This document shows positions 56,521 to 64,000 of a stretch of DNA of 64,000 nucleotides, in pieces (positions within the stretch are counted from its first letter, which is position 1; each line of letters opens with the position of its first letter). The translations under genes were made by a program, and so were the position numbers. The DNA is from an uncultured Methanosarcinales archaeon (lineage in GTDB: Archaea; Nanobdellota; Nanobdellia; Woesearchaeales; ARS49). The DNA is taken from NCBI GenBank assembly GCA_964572035.1, contig CAZNDX010000002.1, forward strand, positions 144,056 through 208,055, written 5' to 3'. The notes beneath the pieces are model-generated. The model saw only the letters and a list, made by a program, of their open reading frames with translations, was not told the DNA's origin and did no database searches.

Positions 56521-58392
56521 ATGGCAAAAAAAGATTACAAAGAAGCAAAAGAAACTGACAAAAAAGAAACAAAACAAGAAGACGCATTAGCGCTGCCACC
56601 AAACTTGCCGCCAGAAGTCGCTGACAAGCTAAAACATATCAAAGAAAAGCTAGAAAAATTTCAAAAAAGCATAGTTGAAAAGTTTGATAAATATATTGTC
56701 GGTGTCGCGTTATTGCCTCCGCCAAGACCTCCCTCTCAAAACACGCCTCCTGAAATCTTTGAAGAAGAAAAGAAAAGATATGATGCTGAAAAAGACAAAT
56801 ATCATACGCTGGTTTTAATCGACGATTCAGAACCGACAAAAATGACAAAACAAGAGCTAAAAGACAAGCTCTCAACAATAATCGACAAATCGGCTGAGGA
56901 AATTGACAAAAATATACTTCCACAAACAATACTGCTTTCTGAACTATGGCAAAATTGTTACGATGCGAAATACGATTTATTGCAACTTATCGGAATGAGC
57001 GCTCCAATTTACGATACCGGAATGCTCGGCGCGATACGCATAGCTGAAATTCACAAAACAATGGTTCTCAAGAAATTTGAGAAGTATATTGTCGCTTACG
57101 TCATGGCTGGCTCATTAATACAAGGACGCGCGACAAAAGACTCAGACATAGACGTATTCATTGTAATTGACGACACGGACGTCAAAAAAATGACTCGAAC
57201 AGAACTTCGCGACAAACTGCGAGCAATTATCATCGGAATGGGAATGGAAGCAGGAGAAATGACCGGCATCCGCAACAAATTAAACATCCAGATTTACATT
57301 TTGACAGACTTCTGGGACAGCATCAGAGAAAGCAATCCTGTCATCTTTACGTTTTTGCGCGATGGAGTTCCATTTTATGACAGAGGAATATTCATGCCGT
57401 GGAAACAGCTATTGAAGATGGGCAAGATAAGACCATCAACAGAAGCCATCGACATGTTTATGCAGACAGGAGAACAAGCGTTATCTCGAGTCAATTTGAA
57501 GCTGAAAGACATTGCGACAGAAGATTTCTTCTGGGGAATCCACACTCCAACACAAGCAGCACTAATGCTGTACGGCATACCGCCACCAACTCCAAAAGAA
57601 ACTTGCGATGTCCTTCGCGAGGTATTTGTCAAAAAAGAAAAACTTCTAGAGGAAGAGTATGTTAAAATTCTAGAGAACGTGATAAAAGTCCGCAAAGACA
57701 TAGAACACGGAACAAAAACAGAAATAACAGGCAAAGAAATCGACAAACTGCTAACTGACTCGGACAAATACATGAAACGCCTGAAAAAATTGTTCACTCA
57801 AATTGAAAAAATAAAGGAAGAAGAAAGCGTGCTGCACATACACGACACAGCTGTAACAGTGGTTCGCGACGCGCTAAAATTAGAAGGCGAAGAAAAAGTC
57901 AGCGATGAACAGCTCGTTAAGAAATTTGATGACAAACTAGTCCACACAGGAGGAGTTCCATCAAAATACAGCAGAGTGTTTAGCGAAATAATCAAGACCA
58001 AAGAAAAATACACAGAAGGCAAGCTAAGCAAAACGGATGTGGACAAAATAAGAAAAGACAGCAACGAACTCATCCGCGCGCTGGTTGACTATATACAACG
58101 CAAACGAGTAGGAGACTTAGAAAGAGCAAGACTCCGCATAAAACACGGAGACAATATAGGAGAAGTAACTGTGCTTGGCAAAACGGCGTACATACTGCGC
58201 AACGTTGATGACAAGCAAATGGAAAAAGCAAGCATACAGCCAGACGGCTCCCTGTGGAACATATCTCCCTGCACGCTTGAAGAATACGAAAAAGCGCTCG
58301 CCAAAATGGCTCCACAAAGAATTACCCTAAAAAACACGTTTTTGGAAGGACTGAGGGCAATATTTGGGGCAGACTTCGAAGTGCTTGTTTAA
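56521..58392 (+). CDS. protein with tandem Pol-beta-type nucleotidyltransferase-like domains (first degenerate, second with GS...DxD) and long helical C-terminal region
   Basis: Copy 2 KYIVAYVMAGSLIQGRATKDSDIDVFIVIDDTD; copy 1 KYIVGVALLPPPRPP...YHTLVLIDDSE aligns but lacks GS and the Asp pair. Confidence 0.6.
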   Translation: MAKKDYKEAKETDKKETKQEDALALPPNLPPEVADKLKHIKEKLEKFQKSIVEKFDKYIVGVALLPPPRPPSQNTPPEIFEEEKKRYDAEKDKYHTLVLIDDSEPTKMTKQELKDKLSTIIDKSAEEIDKNILPQTILLSELWQNCYDAKYDLLQLIGMSAPIYDTGMLGAIRIAEIHKTMVLKKFEKYIVAYVMAGSLIQGRATKDSDIDVFIVIDDTDVKKMTRTELRDKLRAIIIGMGMEAGEMTGIRNKLNIQIYILTDFWDSIRESNPVIFTFLRDGVPFYDRGIFMPWKQLLKMGKIRPSTEAIDMFMQTGEQALSRVNLKLKDIATEDFFWGIHTPTQAALMLYGIPPPTPKETCDVLREVFVKKEKLLEEEYVKILENVIKVRKDIEHGTKTEITGKEIDKLLTDSDKYMKRLKKLFTQIEKIKEEESVLHIHDTAVTVVRDALKLEGEEKVSDEQLVKKFDDKLVHTGGVPSKYSRVFSEIIKTKEKYTEGKLSKTDVDKIRKDSNELIRALVDYIQRKRVGDLERARLRIKHGDNIGEVTVLGKTAYILRNVDDKQMEKASIQPDGSLWNISPCTLEEYEKALAKMAPQRITLKNTFLEGLRAIFGADFEVLV

Positions 58393-58438
58393 TTGCTAAA
58401 TCTTTTTATATTATTTCTTTATTTTTCTAACTATACAT

Positions 58439-59167
58439 ATGGCGAAAGGCAAAAGACAAGAAGAACCGCAGGAAATCAGCGGGCGAGAAGTCACAAAATA
58501 CATGTTCATAGCTATCGGCGCGATAATCGCGGTAGGGCTTCTAATGGCTGGCGGATTAAATTTGTATTTTATGATCGCGAAAACAGAATCAACAGGACCA
58601 CAACCACCAGTTGAGACTGTGGAAGTAACGCCAATCGTTGAAAAGCCAGTCGCTGAAGAACCAGTAGTTGAGCCAACAATTAATGAAACTGTGGCTGAAA
58701 ACACCACAGTGAATCAAACCGTTGAACAAAACATAACGCAAACAAATCAAACTACAACAAACGAAACTGTAACTCTCGAAGTCACGAACACGCAAAACAC
58801 GACAAACACATCATCAGTAGTAAAATACAACTTTGACCAATTAAACATCAAATTCCCTGGAACGCTAAATTATACAAAAATGGGAAAAATGAGCCACCAC
58901 TACATTAATGTCACAGAGCCAGACAACACTCCGACATTGAACAGCGAAGGATTTGATGTGGAAGTAACACTGAAACCAGCTCAAGGAATGTCAACTCAAA
59001 TAATTCCTCAATATGAAAAAGGACAATGGCTGATAAGCTTTTACTCGACAGCTCAAGGAGTCAACACACTCATAGTAACGGTCGGATGCAAAGACTCAGT
59101 AAACTATTGCAGCAGAATATACAGCGGAACGCCAAAAACAGAACAAACACAGTTTACGGTTTCTTAA
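58439..59167 (+). CDS. N-terminally anchored surface protein with dense N-x-T/S sequon tract
   Basis: TM VTKYMFIAIGAIIAVGLLMAGGLNLYFMI; NETV, NTTV, NQTV, NITQ, NQTT, NETV, NTQN, NTTN, NTSS within ~50 aa. Confidence 0.6.
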   Translation: MAKGKRQEEPQEISGREVTKYMFIAIGAIIAVGLLMAGGLNLYFMIAKTESTGPQPPVETVEVTPIVEKPVAEEPVVEPTINETVAENTTVNQTVEQNITQTNQTTTNETVTLEVTNTQNTTNTSSVVKYNFDQLNIKFPGTLNYTKMGKMSHHYINVTEPDNTPTLNSEGFDVEVTLKPAQGMSTQIIPQYEKGQWLISFYSTAQGVNTLIVTVGCKDSVNYCSRIYSGTPKTEQTQFTVS

Positions 59168-59221
59168 GTCACTCCCTAGTTGTTCATAACATTAATAAAT
59201 TTGAAACATATTGAACTTTTT

Positions 59222-59674
59222 ATGTACAGGTTAAAAACGGGGTATAGCGTTGGAGACGCGATGACTGTCAATCCGGTAACGATTTCTTCAAAGAAAACAC
59301 TCCGCGACGCCGCAAAATTGATGGCGAAAGAACACGTTGGTTCGCTTCTGGTTAAAGACGACGATAAAATAGTCGGCATAATAACTGAAAAGGACATTAC
59401 GCGAAAAGGAGTCGGACAGCCGGGAAATCCGGCGACGAAAAAAGTCAAGGAAATAATGGCCGAAAACTTGGTAACCTGCGCGCCTGACGAAGACATATTT
59501 GAAGCTCTTCGAATAATGAGGGATTACGATTTCAGACACCTGCCGGTTTTTCACGATAAAAAATGTGTAGGTTTGATTACAATGAAAGATATTTTGAAGA
59601 TAGAGCCTGACTTGTATGAAATTCTTGTAGAGAAAATAACCATACGAGAGATGGAAAGAAAGCCGGTTAAGTAA
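59222..59674 (+). CDS. CBS-domain pair protein
   Basis: Two CBS motifs (VGDAMTVNPVTIS...GSLLVKDDDKIVGIITEKDI and ...LVTCAPDEDIFEALRIM...RHLPVFHDKKCVGLITMKDIL); start moved to MYRLKTGY. Confidence 0.85.
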   Translation: MYRLKTGYSVGDAMTVNPVTISSKKTLRDAAKLMAKEHVGSLLVKDDDKIVGIITEKDITRKGVGQPGNPATKKVKEIMAENLVTCAPDEDIFEALRIMRDYDFRHLPVFHDKKCVGLITMKDILKIEPDLYEILVEKITIREMERKPVK

Positions 59675-60761
59675 ACAATTTTTTAATTTCTTCAAGCGGC
59701 GCAGTGGTCCTTAAGCATTCTTTGCCAAAATGGGACATTTTAGCTAAATATCCTTTCTTTTTCAGAGAATCGAGCAAACCTTTTTGCTTTGGAGAATTTT
59801 TCCCAAGAACACTCGCTAGTCTGGGCAGGGAAAAAGTTCCAAAAGAAGAGATTTCACTCTCTTTCTCAATTGTTTTCGCCAAATCATTTGTTTCAGGATA
59901 AACCTCGCAAAACTTGGCGACATTTTTCGCCAATTTACTGTCCCATAAATTTCCAAGCCATAAGGGGCCTGCAACTTCTGTAAGGATATTGCAACAATTT
60001 TTTGGCTCGTTGAATTTAGAGGTGAATCTTTCCAAACATCGAGGGCAATAATGAACAAAACCGTGCCGGTGCAAAACATCTTTCGCCTTTTCAGCGCCAG
60101 CTTCGCACTTAAAGTAAGCTCTCATATAGTGTTTTGTTGAATGGCAGTAAATTGGAATCAGCGCTTTTTCGTGCTGAGCGCCAATCTCCTGAACTTTTTT
60201 TATTAGGATGCGCATGCCAATCTCGTGCATCATCTCGCCGTGCATTGGCCTCGCGTTGTATTTTCTTACGCAAGCGGCAAAACTAGCGCCGGACAACGCA
60301 GCGGTGTCAGTCGCGGCAACCGCGAGAATTCCATTGTTGGCAAGCCTTCGCATTGAGGTATCAAGAAAAGGAACAGGACTTCCAAACGGATCAATGTCAA
60401 TGTAGTCGATAAGGTTAAGACTCATTAAGAATAAAGTTGCTTCATTGTTAGATACTTTGACTTTTGAAACTTTATTTGTTTTAAGGTTTTTTTTTATCAA
60501 CTCAACAGCTTTTTTGTTTATGTCGTTGATAAAAACCTCTTTTATGGCGTTTTTTGGAGCTTCTTTCAGCAAACGAACAGTTCTTGCTCCAGTCCCTCCC
60601 AAAACATCAGCCATTCTCAAATTTTTTCTGTCGAGAGAAGAAATTACTGCGATTCCAATGTCTCTTGAGATCTTAGCGTCAGGATTATAGAACGCCTCAG
60701 CGTTTTTTCTCGGCGCGCCGGCAGGAACGTTAAGAGTGGCCTTACCTTCAGTAAGTTTCAT
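59667..60761 (-). CDS. trm1: tRNA (guanine(26)-N2)-dimethyltransferase Trm1
   Basis: LNVPAGAPRKNAEAFYNP...DVLGGTGARTVRLLKE...IDIDPFGSPVPFLD are conserved TRM1 blocks; C-terminal Cys cluster. Confidence 0.9.
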   Translation of the reverse strand: MKLTEGKATLNVPAGAPRKNAEAFYNPDAKISRDIGIAVISSLDRKNLRMADVLGGTGARTVRLLKEAPKNAIKEVFINDINKKAVELIKKNLKTNKVSKVKVSNNEATLFLMSLNLIDYIDIDPFGSPVPFLDTSMRRLANNGILAVAATDTAALSGASFAACVRKYNARPMHGEMMHEIGMRILIKKVQEIGAQHEKALIPIYCHSTKHYMRAYFKCEAGAEKAKDVLHRHGFVHYCPRCLERFTSKFNEPKNCCNILTEVAGPLWLGNLWDSKLAKNVAKFCEVYPETNDLAKTIEKESEISSFGTFSLPRLASVLGKNSPKQKGLLDSLKKKGYLAKMSHFGKECLRTTAPLEEIKKLFT

Positions 60762-60796
60762 ATCATAGAATTACTTTGTAGTGTATAAAAATGTGA

Positions 60797-61273
60797 CTAA
60801 ATTAATTTAGGCTTAGAAACTCTCTCATATCTGTGATAAGTAAAATCTGGGTAAAATGTTGTCGATTGAACCATCCAATCTAATATGTCAAACTTTGGAA
60901 AAAACGCATCGCCTTCATACTTTTCCTTAATCCAAGAAAGATGAAGCATATGCGCATAAGGAAAAGCCTGCTCGTAAATTTTCTGACCGCCAATGACGAA
61001 CAAATCCTCAAAAACAGAAGCCTGTTTCAAAGCATCCTCGAGAGTTTTAACAACTTGAATTTCAGAAGAACTCTTAAGAGTTGAGCTCACAACAATATTT
61101 TCCCTGTTTGGAAGAGGGCGGCCAATACTTTCATACGTCTTTCTGCCCATCACCAAGGCATGGCCCTCGGTAATTTCCCTAAACAGACGCAAATCATTTT
61201 TAATCTTCCAAGGAATCTTATTATCTTTTCCGATGACAAAATCTTCAGTCAGCGCCGCGATTATGTGTATCAT
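60797..61273 (-). CDS. folA: dihydrofolate reductase
   Basis: MIHIIAALTEDFVIGKDNKIPWKIKNDLRLFREIT...VMGRKTYESIG...LHLS DHFR signature. Confidence 0.9.
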   Translation of the reverse strand: MIHIIAALTEDFVIGKDNKIPWKIKNDLRLFREITEGHALVMGRKTYESIGRPLPNRENIVVSSTLKSSSEIQVVKTLEDALKQASVFEDLFVIGGQKIYEQAFPYAHMLHLSWIKEKYEGDAFFPKFDILDWMVQSTTFYPDFTYHRYERVSKPKLI

Positions 61274-62151
61274 ACTGCAATGGGGAACTCAATTTTTGGA
61301 TGAGACTCGTAATTCTTTATTTTCGCGTTTCTTGAATCAAACGTCAAAAGCGACTCAAAGTTATTTAATTTCAAGTTTGGAAGAACGAATTCTTTTCCCC
61401 GTCTTGACAGTTGCTCTTTCGCTCCATCAAGGTGGTTTTCATAAATATGCAAATCGCCAAGAGAAATCATCAATCTTCCTGCAGAATAGCCGGTTTCCTT
61501 CGCGAACAATTCAAGCAAGTAACCGTATCCCGCAAGATTGAATGGAAGTCCAAGCATTGTATCAATAGAGCGCATATTGCAAATCAAATTGATTTTTTTG
61601 TCGGTTACGGTCAATTGGAACGCGTAATGGCACGGAGGAAGACCCATTTCATCAAGATGAGAAGGGTTCCAAGCGCTGACAAGAATTCTGCGGTCGCCAG
61701 GAGATTTTTTTACTTTTTCGACGGCTTTAACCAATTGGTCAATGCCCTGCCCGTCGTAATTTGCTTCATATCCTTTGTATTCCGCCCCAAAATGGCGCCA
61801 CTGAAAGCCGTAAACAGGACCTAAATCTCTTTCTTCAAACATTCTTTTTTTGGACTCCGCATCGTTTCCGTAAGGTACTTTTTTCTGCCAAGCCCACTCA
61901 TCCCATATGTGGTTGTTTCTATCCTGGAGCCATTTTTTGTCCGTTAGGCCTTTGATAAAAAACTCCATCTCAGAAAACGCGTTCTTATACGCGACTTTTT
62001 TGGTCGTTAGAAGAGGAAAACCTTCATTCATATCGTGGTCAATCATTCGGCCAGCCACAGTGTAAGCGGCTACGCCGGTTCTGTTCTCTTTTCTCCATCC
62101 TTTGCTCAGCACATCATCAACAAGACCAAGGTATTTTTCATCAAGCGACAT
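61270..62151 (-). CDS. thyA: thymidylate synthase (ThyA, folate-dependent)
   Basis: ...RTGVAAYTVAGRMIDHDMNEGFPLLTTKKV..., RRILVSAWNPSHLDEMGLPPCHYAFQ with active-site Cys; ATGA overlap with folA. Confidence 0.95.
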   Translation of the reverse strand: MSLDEKYLGLVDDVLSKGWRKENRTGVAAYTVAGRMIDHDMNEGFPLLTTKKVAYKNAFSEMEFFIKGLTDKKWLQDRNNHIWDEWAWQKKVPYGNDAESKKRMFEERDLGPVYGFQWRHFGAEYKGYEANYDGQGIDQLVKAVEKVKKSPGDRRILVSAWNPSHLDEMGLPPCHYAFQLTVTDKKINLICNMRSIDTMLGLPFNLAGYGYLLELFAKETGYSAGRLMISLGDLHIYENHLDGAKEQLSRRGKEFVLPNLKLNNFESLLTFDSRNAKIKNYESHPKIEFPIAV

Positions 62152-62337
62152 AGTTCATTCCCCCTCTTTCATGAATTCAACCTATTACAACTCATTTAAA
62201 TTCATTTAGAAATTGCAAAATAGAAGTCACAAAATTTAAACCATATAAAATAAAAGATTATCAAAAATAGCAAATTAGAACAATTAACTAAAGAGTGGTA
62301 ATGAACGATTATATTAGATGTTTCTTTTAGTCCCGAA

Positions 62338-62784
62338 ATGTCGAAAAAAGTGTTGGCCTTTGGCGCCTTTGATGGAGTACATTTAGGACATCTTTATTAT
62401 TTGAAAAAAGCCAAAAGATACGGAAGGCTGATTGTTGTTATAGCGAGGGACAGATCGGAATGGCGGCCTAATGAGTTATACGGATTCTCTGAAAACGAAA
62501 GGAAAAAATTGGTCGAGGAACTGAAAATTGCCGATAAAGTAATTCTTGGAGGACTCAAAAGCGCATTTGAAAAAATAAAAAAAGAAAATCCAGACTACAT
62601 AGTTATAACTCCATTCCATCATGTTGACTCAAAACTTCTTCAAATTGACTTAAAACAACACGGTCTTAAAACAAAAGTGATTCTTCTTCCAATGTATAAG
62701 CCGCGCATTTACAAGTCATATTTTGGATTTGACGAAAGAAAACTTCCAAAAGTAATGCGGCTAAAAATAAAAAAAACATTCTAA
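62338..62784 (+). CDS. ribL: cytidylyltransferase-fold nucleotidyltransferase, archaeal FAD synthase RibL-like
   Basis: KKVLAFGAFDGVHLGHLYYLKKAKRYGRLIVVIARD matches the (H/T)xGH nucleotidyltransferase motif as in RibL / glycerol-3-P cytidylyltransferase. Confidence 0.6.
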   Translation: MSKKVLAFGAFDGVHLGHLYYLKKAKRYGRLIVVIARDRSEWRPNELYGFSENERKKLVEELKIADKVILGGLKSAFEKIKKENPDYIVITPFHHVDSKLLQIDLKQHGLKTKVILLPMYKPRIYKSYFGFDERKLPKVMRLKIKKTF

Positions 62785-62785
62785 A

Positions 62786-63835
62786 TTACTTGGTTCTGGT
62801 TTTATTATACTTGACAATCTCCTGAAACATCTGCTTGTGCTTGTCGTCAGTAGACAAGTCAGCGACATGATTCAAAGCGTCCTTTTCCAAGGCGACCATG
62901 TCATCCTGCACCATTTGACGGATTTTCTTCTTTTCTATAAGTTCAAGAACAAATTTTAAATCAGCATCAGTGGCCTTACTGTTTCCAAAAATTTTCTTCA
63001 GCTTTGCGGCTTCATCATCAGAAGCTTCCTCAAACAAGTGAAGCCTGAAAAGAGTTTTCTTGTCATCTTTAATGTCGCCAAGAACAGACTTGCCAGTTTC
63101 CTTCTCAGTGCCAAACAAGTTAAGCTCATCATCTTTAACTTGGAACATAATTCCCAAAGACTCGCCAAGCTCGTCAAGATTTGTAAGCTCCATATCGCTT
63201 TGTTCAGCGAGTTTCGCGCCAAGAACCAAAGGCAAGGAGAAGGTATACCTTGCCGCCTTGTATTTGTGAAGATAAAACACGTCAGCAGCGCTGGTCTTTT
63301 TCTCGCTGGCTCCAAGATACAAATCCTGCATTTGCGCAACCGCCACATTAGTAAATTCTTTAGAGAACAACTCTATCATTCTGGGACGCATTTTAGACTG
63401 TAAAGTAGAAAGCAACTCGTACGAAAGGAAGAAACAAATATCTCCCGCGCAAACACCCATATTCTCGCCAACACGCCTCGGATTCGCGAGCTTCTCTTTT
63501 TCCGCAAGATCAGCGTATTGAATGAACACTGTTTTTTTACCCCTGCGCAGAACGTCAGCGTCCATAATATCATCCTGAATCAAAAGACCGGAATGAATAA
63601 TTTCAAGCGCAGCAGCCGCCTTAATCGCGTCGGCGTCAATCTTGTCATTATACATCTCATAAGCAGTAGCTAGAAGACAGCCTCTCAAAAGTTTTCCACC
63701 GGAGCTTAATTCCTGGATTCTTCCGATAACATCAGAACCCCAGCGGTTTATTTTTCCAAGCTCCTCTTTCTTTTCATTCAGAAACGCGTTCAGCACTTTA
63801 TGAATCGCGTCCCTGTGCTTGTACACCCTTTCCAT
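62786..63835 (-). CDS. idsA: polyprenyl (geranylgeranyl) diphosphate synthase
   Basis: First DDxxD LLIQDDIMDAD, second FQVKDDELNLFG; trans-IPPS fold length. Confidence 0.9.
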   Translation of the reverse strand: MERVYKHRDAIHKVLNAFLNEKKEELGKINRWGSDVIGRIQELSSGGKLLRGCLLATAYEMYNDKIDADAIKAAAALEIIHSGLLIQDDIMDADVLRRGKKTVFIQYADLAEKEKLANPRRVGENMGVCAGDICFFLSYELLSTLQSKMRPRMIELFSKEFTNVAVAQMQDLYLGASEKKTSAADVFYLHKYKAARYTFSLPLVLGAKLAEQSDMELTNLDELGESLGIMFQVKDDELNLFGTEKETGKSVLGDIKDDKKTLFRLHLFEEASDDEAAKLKKIFGNSKATDADLKFVLELIEKKKIRQMVQDDMVALEKDALNHVADLSTDDKHKQMFQEIVKYNKTRTK

Positions 63836-64000
63836 ACTCCGAAATTTACCACATCCCTTTAAAAGCGTTGCGCTTAAATAAATAATAAATAACTAATTCA
63901 GAACCCAAATGCAATAAGTCAAATATGTCGCGAAAGTAACCCACAAGGCATAAGGCAACAACAACAAAGCTGAAATTCTTTGCTTCTTCCACAACGCGAA

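Noticed and set aside
56328-56558. 76-aa basic ORF (56328-56558)
   Set aside because: Out-of-frame overlap with the 3' end of the HEXXH protein gene and the start of the NTase gene; Arg/Lys-rich composition typical of a frame artefact.
1-64000. CRISPR arrays, rRNA genes, IS elements/transposases, integrases
   Set aside because: No regularly spaced direct repeats, no rRNA-like conserved stretches, and no transposase/integrase-like ORFs were seen; the paralog families here are surface proteins, not mobile elements.

Overview
This 64 kb window is an AT-rich, densely packed archaeal chromosomal segment. The archaeal assignment rests on the r-proteins L31e, L39e, S19e and S6e, plus Cbf5, deoxyhypusine synthase, Pth2, Trm1, a Nog1-type GTPase, a pyruvoyl-dependent arginine decarboxylase-like protein and class-III (type IV pilin-like) signal peptides. 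Genes frequently overlap by 4 bp (ATGA), which indicates translationally coupled operons. The small gene complement, r-protein tail extensions and giant surface proteins are consistent with a small-genome DPANN-like archaeon, but this is inference.

Housekeeping genes include thrS, thyA-folA, cbf5, dys, trm1, pth2, a GGPP synthase, a RibL-like FAD synthase, DprA, a Nudix hydrolase, AlkD-like DNA repair, FKBP, a MoxR-DUF58-vWA (Bat-like) cluster, and a multicopper oxidase next to a Met-rich membrane protein.

The most striking feature is a roughly 18 kb, 8-gene, same-strand operon (30.4-48.2 kb). It encodes two paralogous ~700-aa proteins with EppA-type pilin-like N-termini (KGQ followed by a hydrophobic helix). 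It also encodes paralogous 1050-aa and 2280-aa secreted Cys-rich giants, the larger carrying an FN3-like domain, along with two polytopic membrane proteins and smaller secreted proteins. A separate 233-aa pilin-like gene shares an identical 16-nt promoter element with this operon. Together these look like a candidate uncharacterised cell-surface filament or adhesion apparatus.

A second, minus-strand operon (49.4-55.4 kb) encodes three paralogous lipoproteins with a shared N-terminal domain. Two of them carry Myxococcus-type CGNG...EEC Cys-rich repeats. A protein with a disulfide module and coiled coil sits between them. Several perfect inverted repeats lie at promoter-proximal positions and are candidate operators. 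No rRNA, tRNA or CRISPR array was identified.
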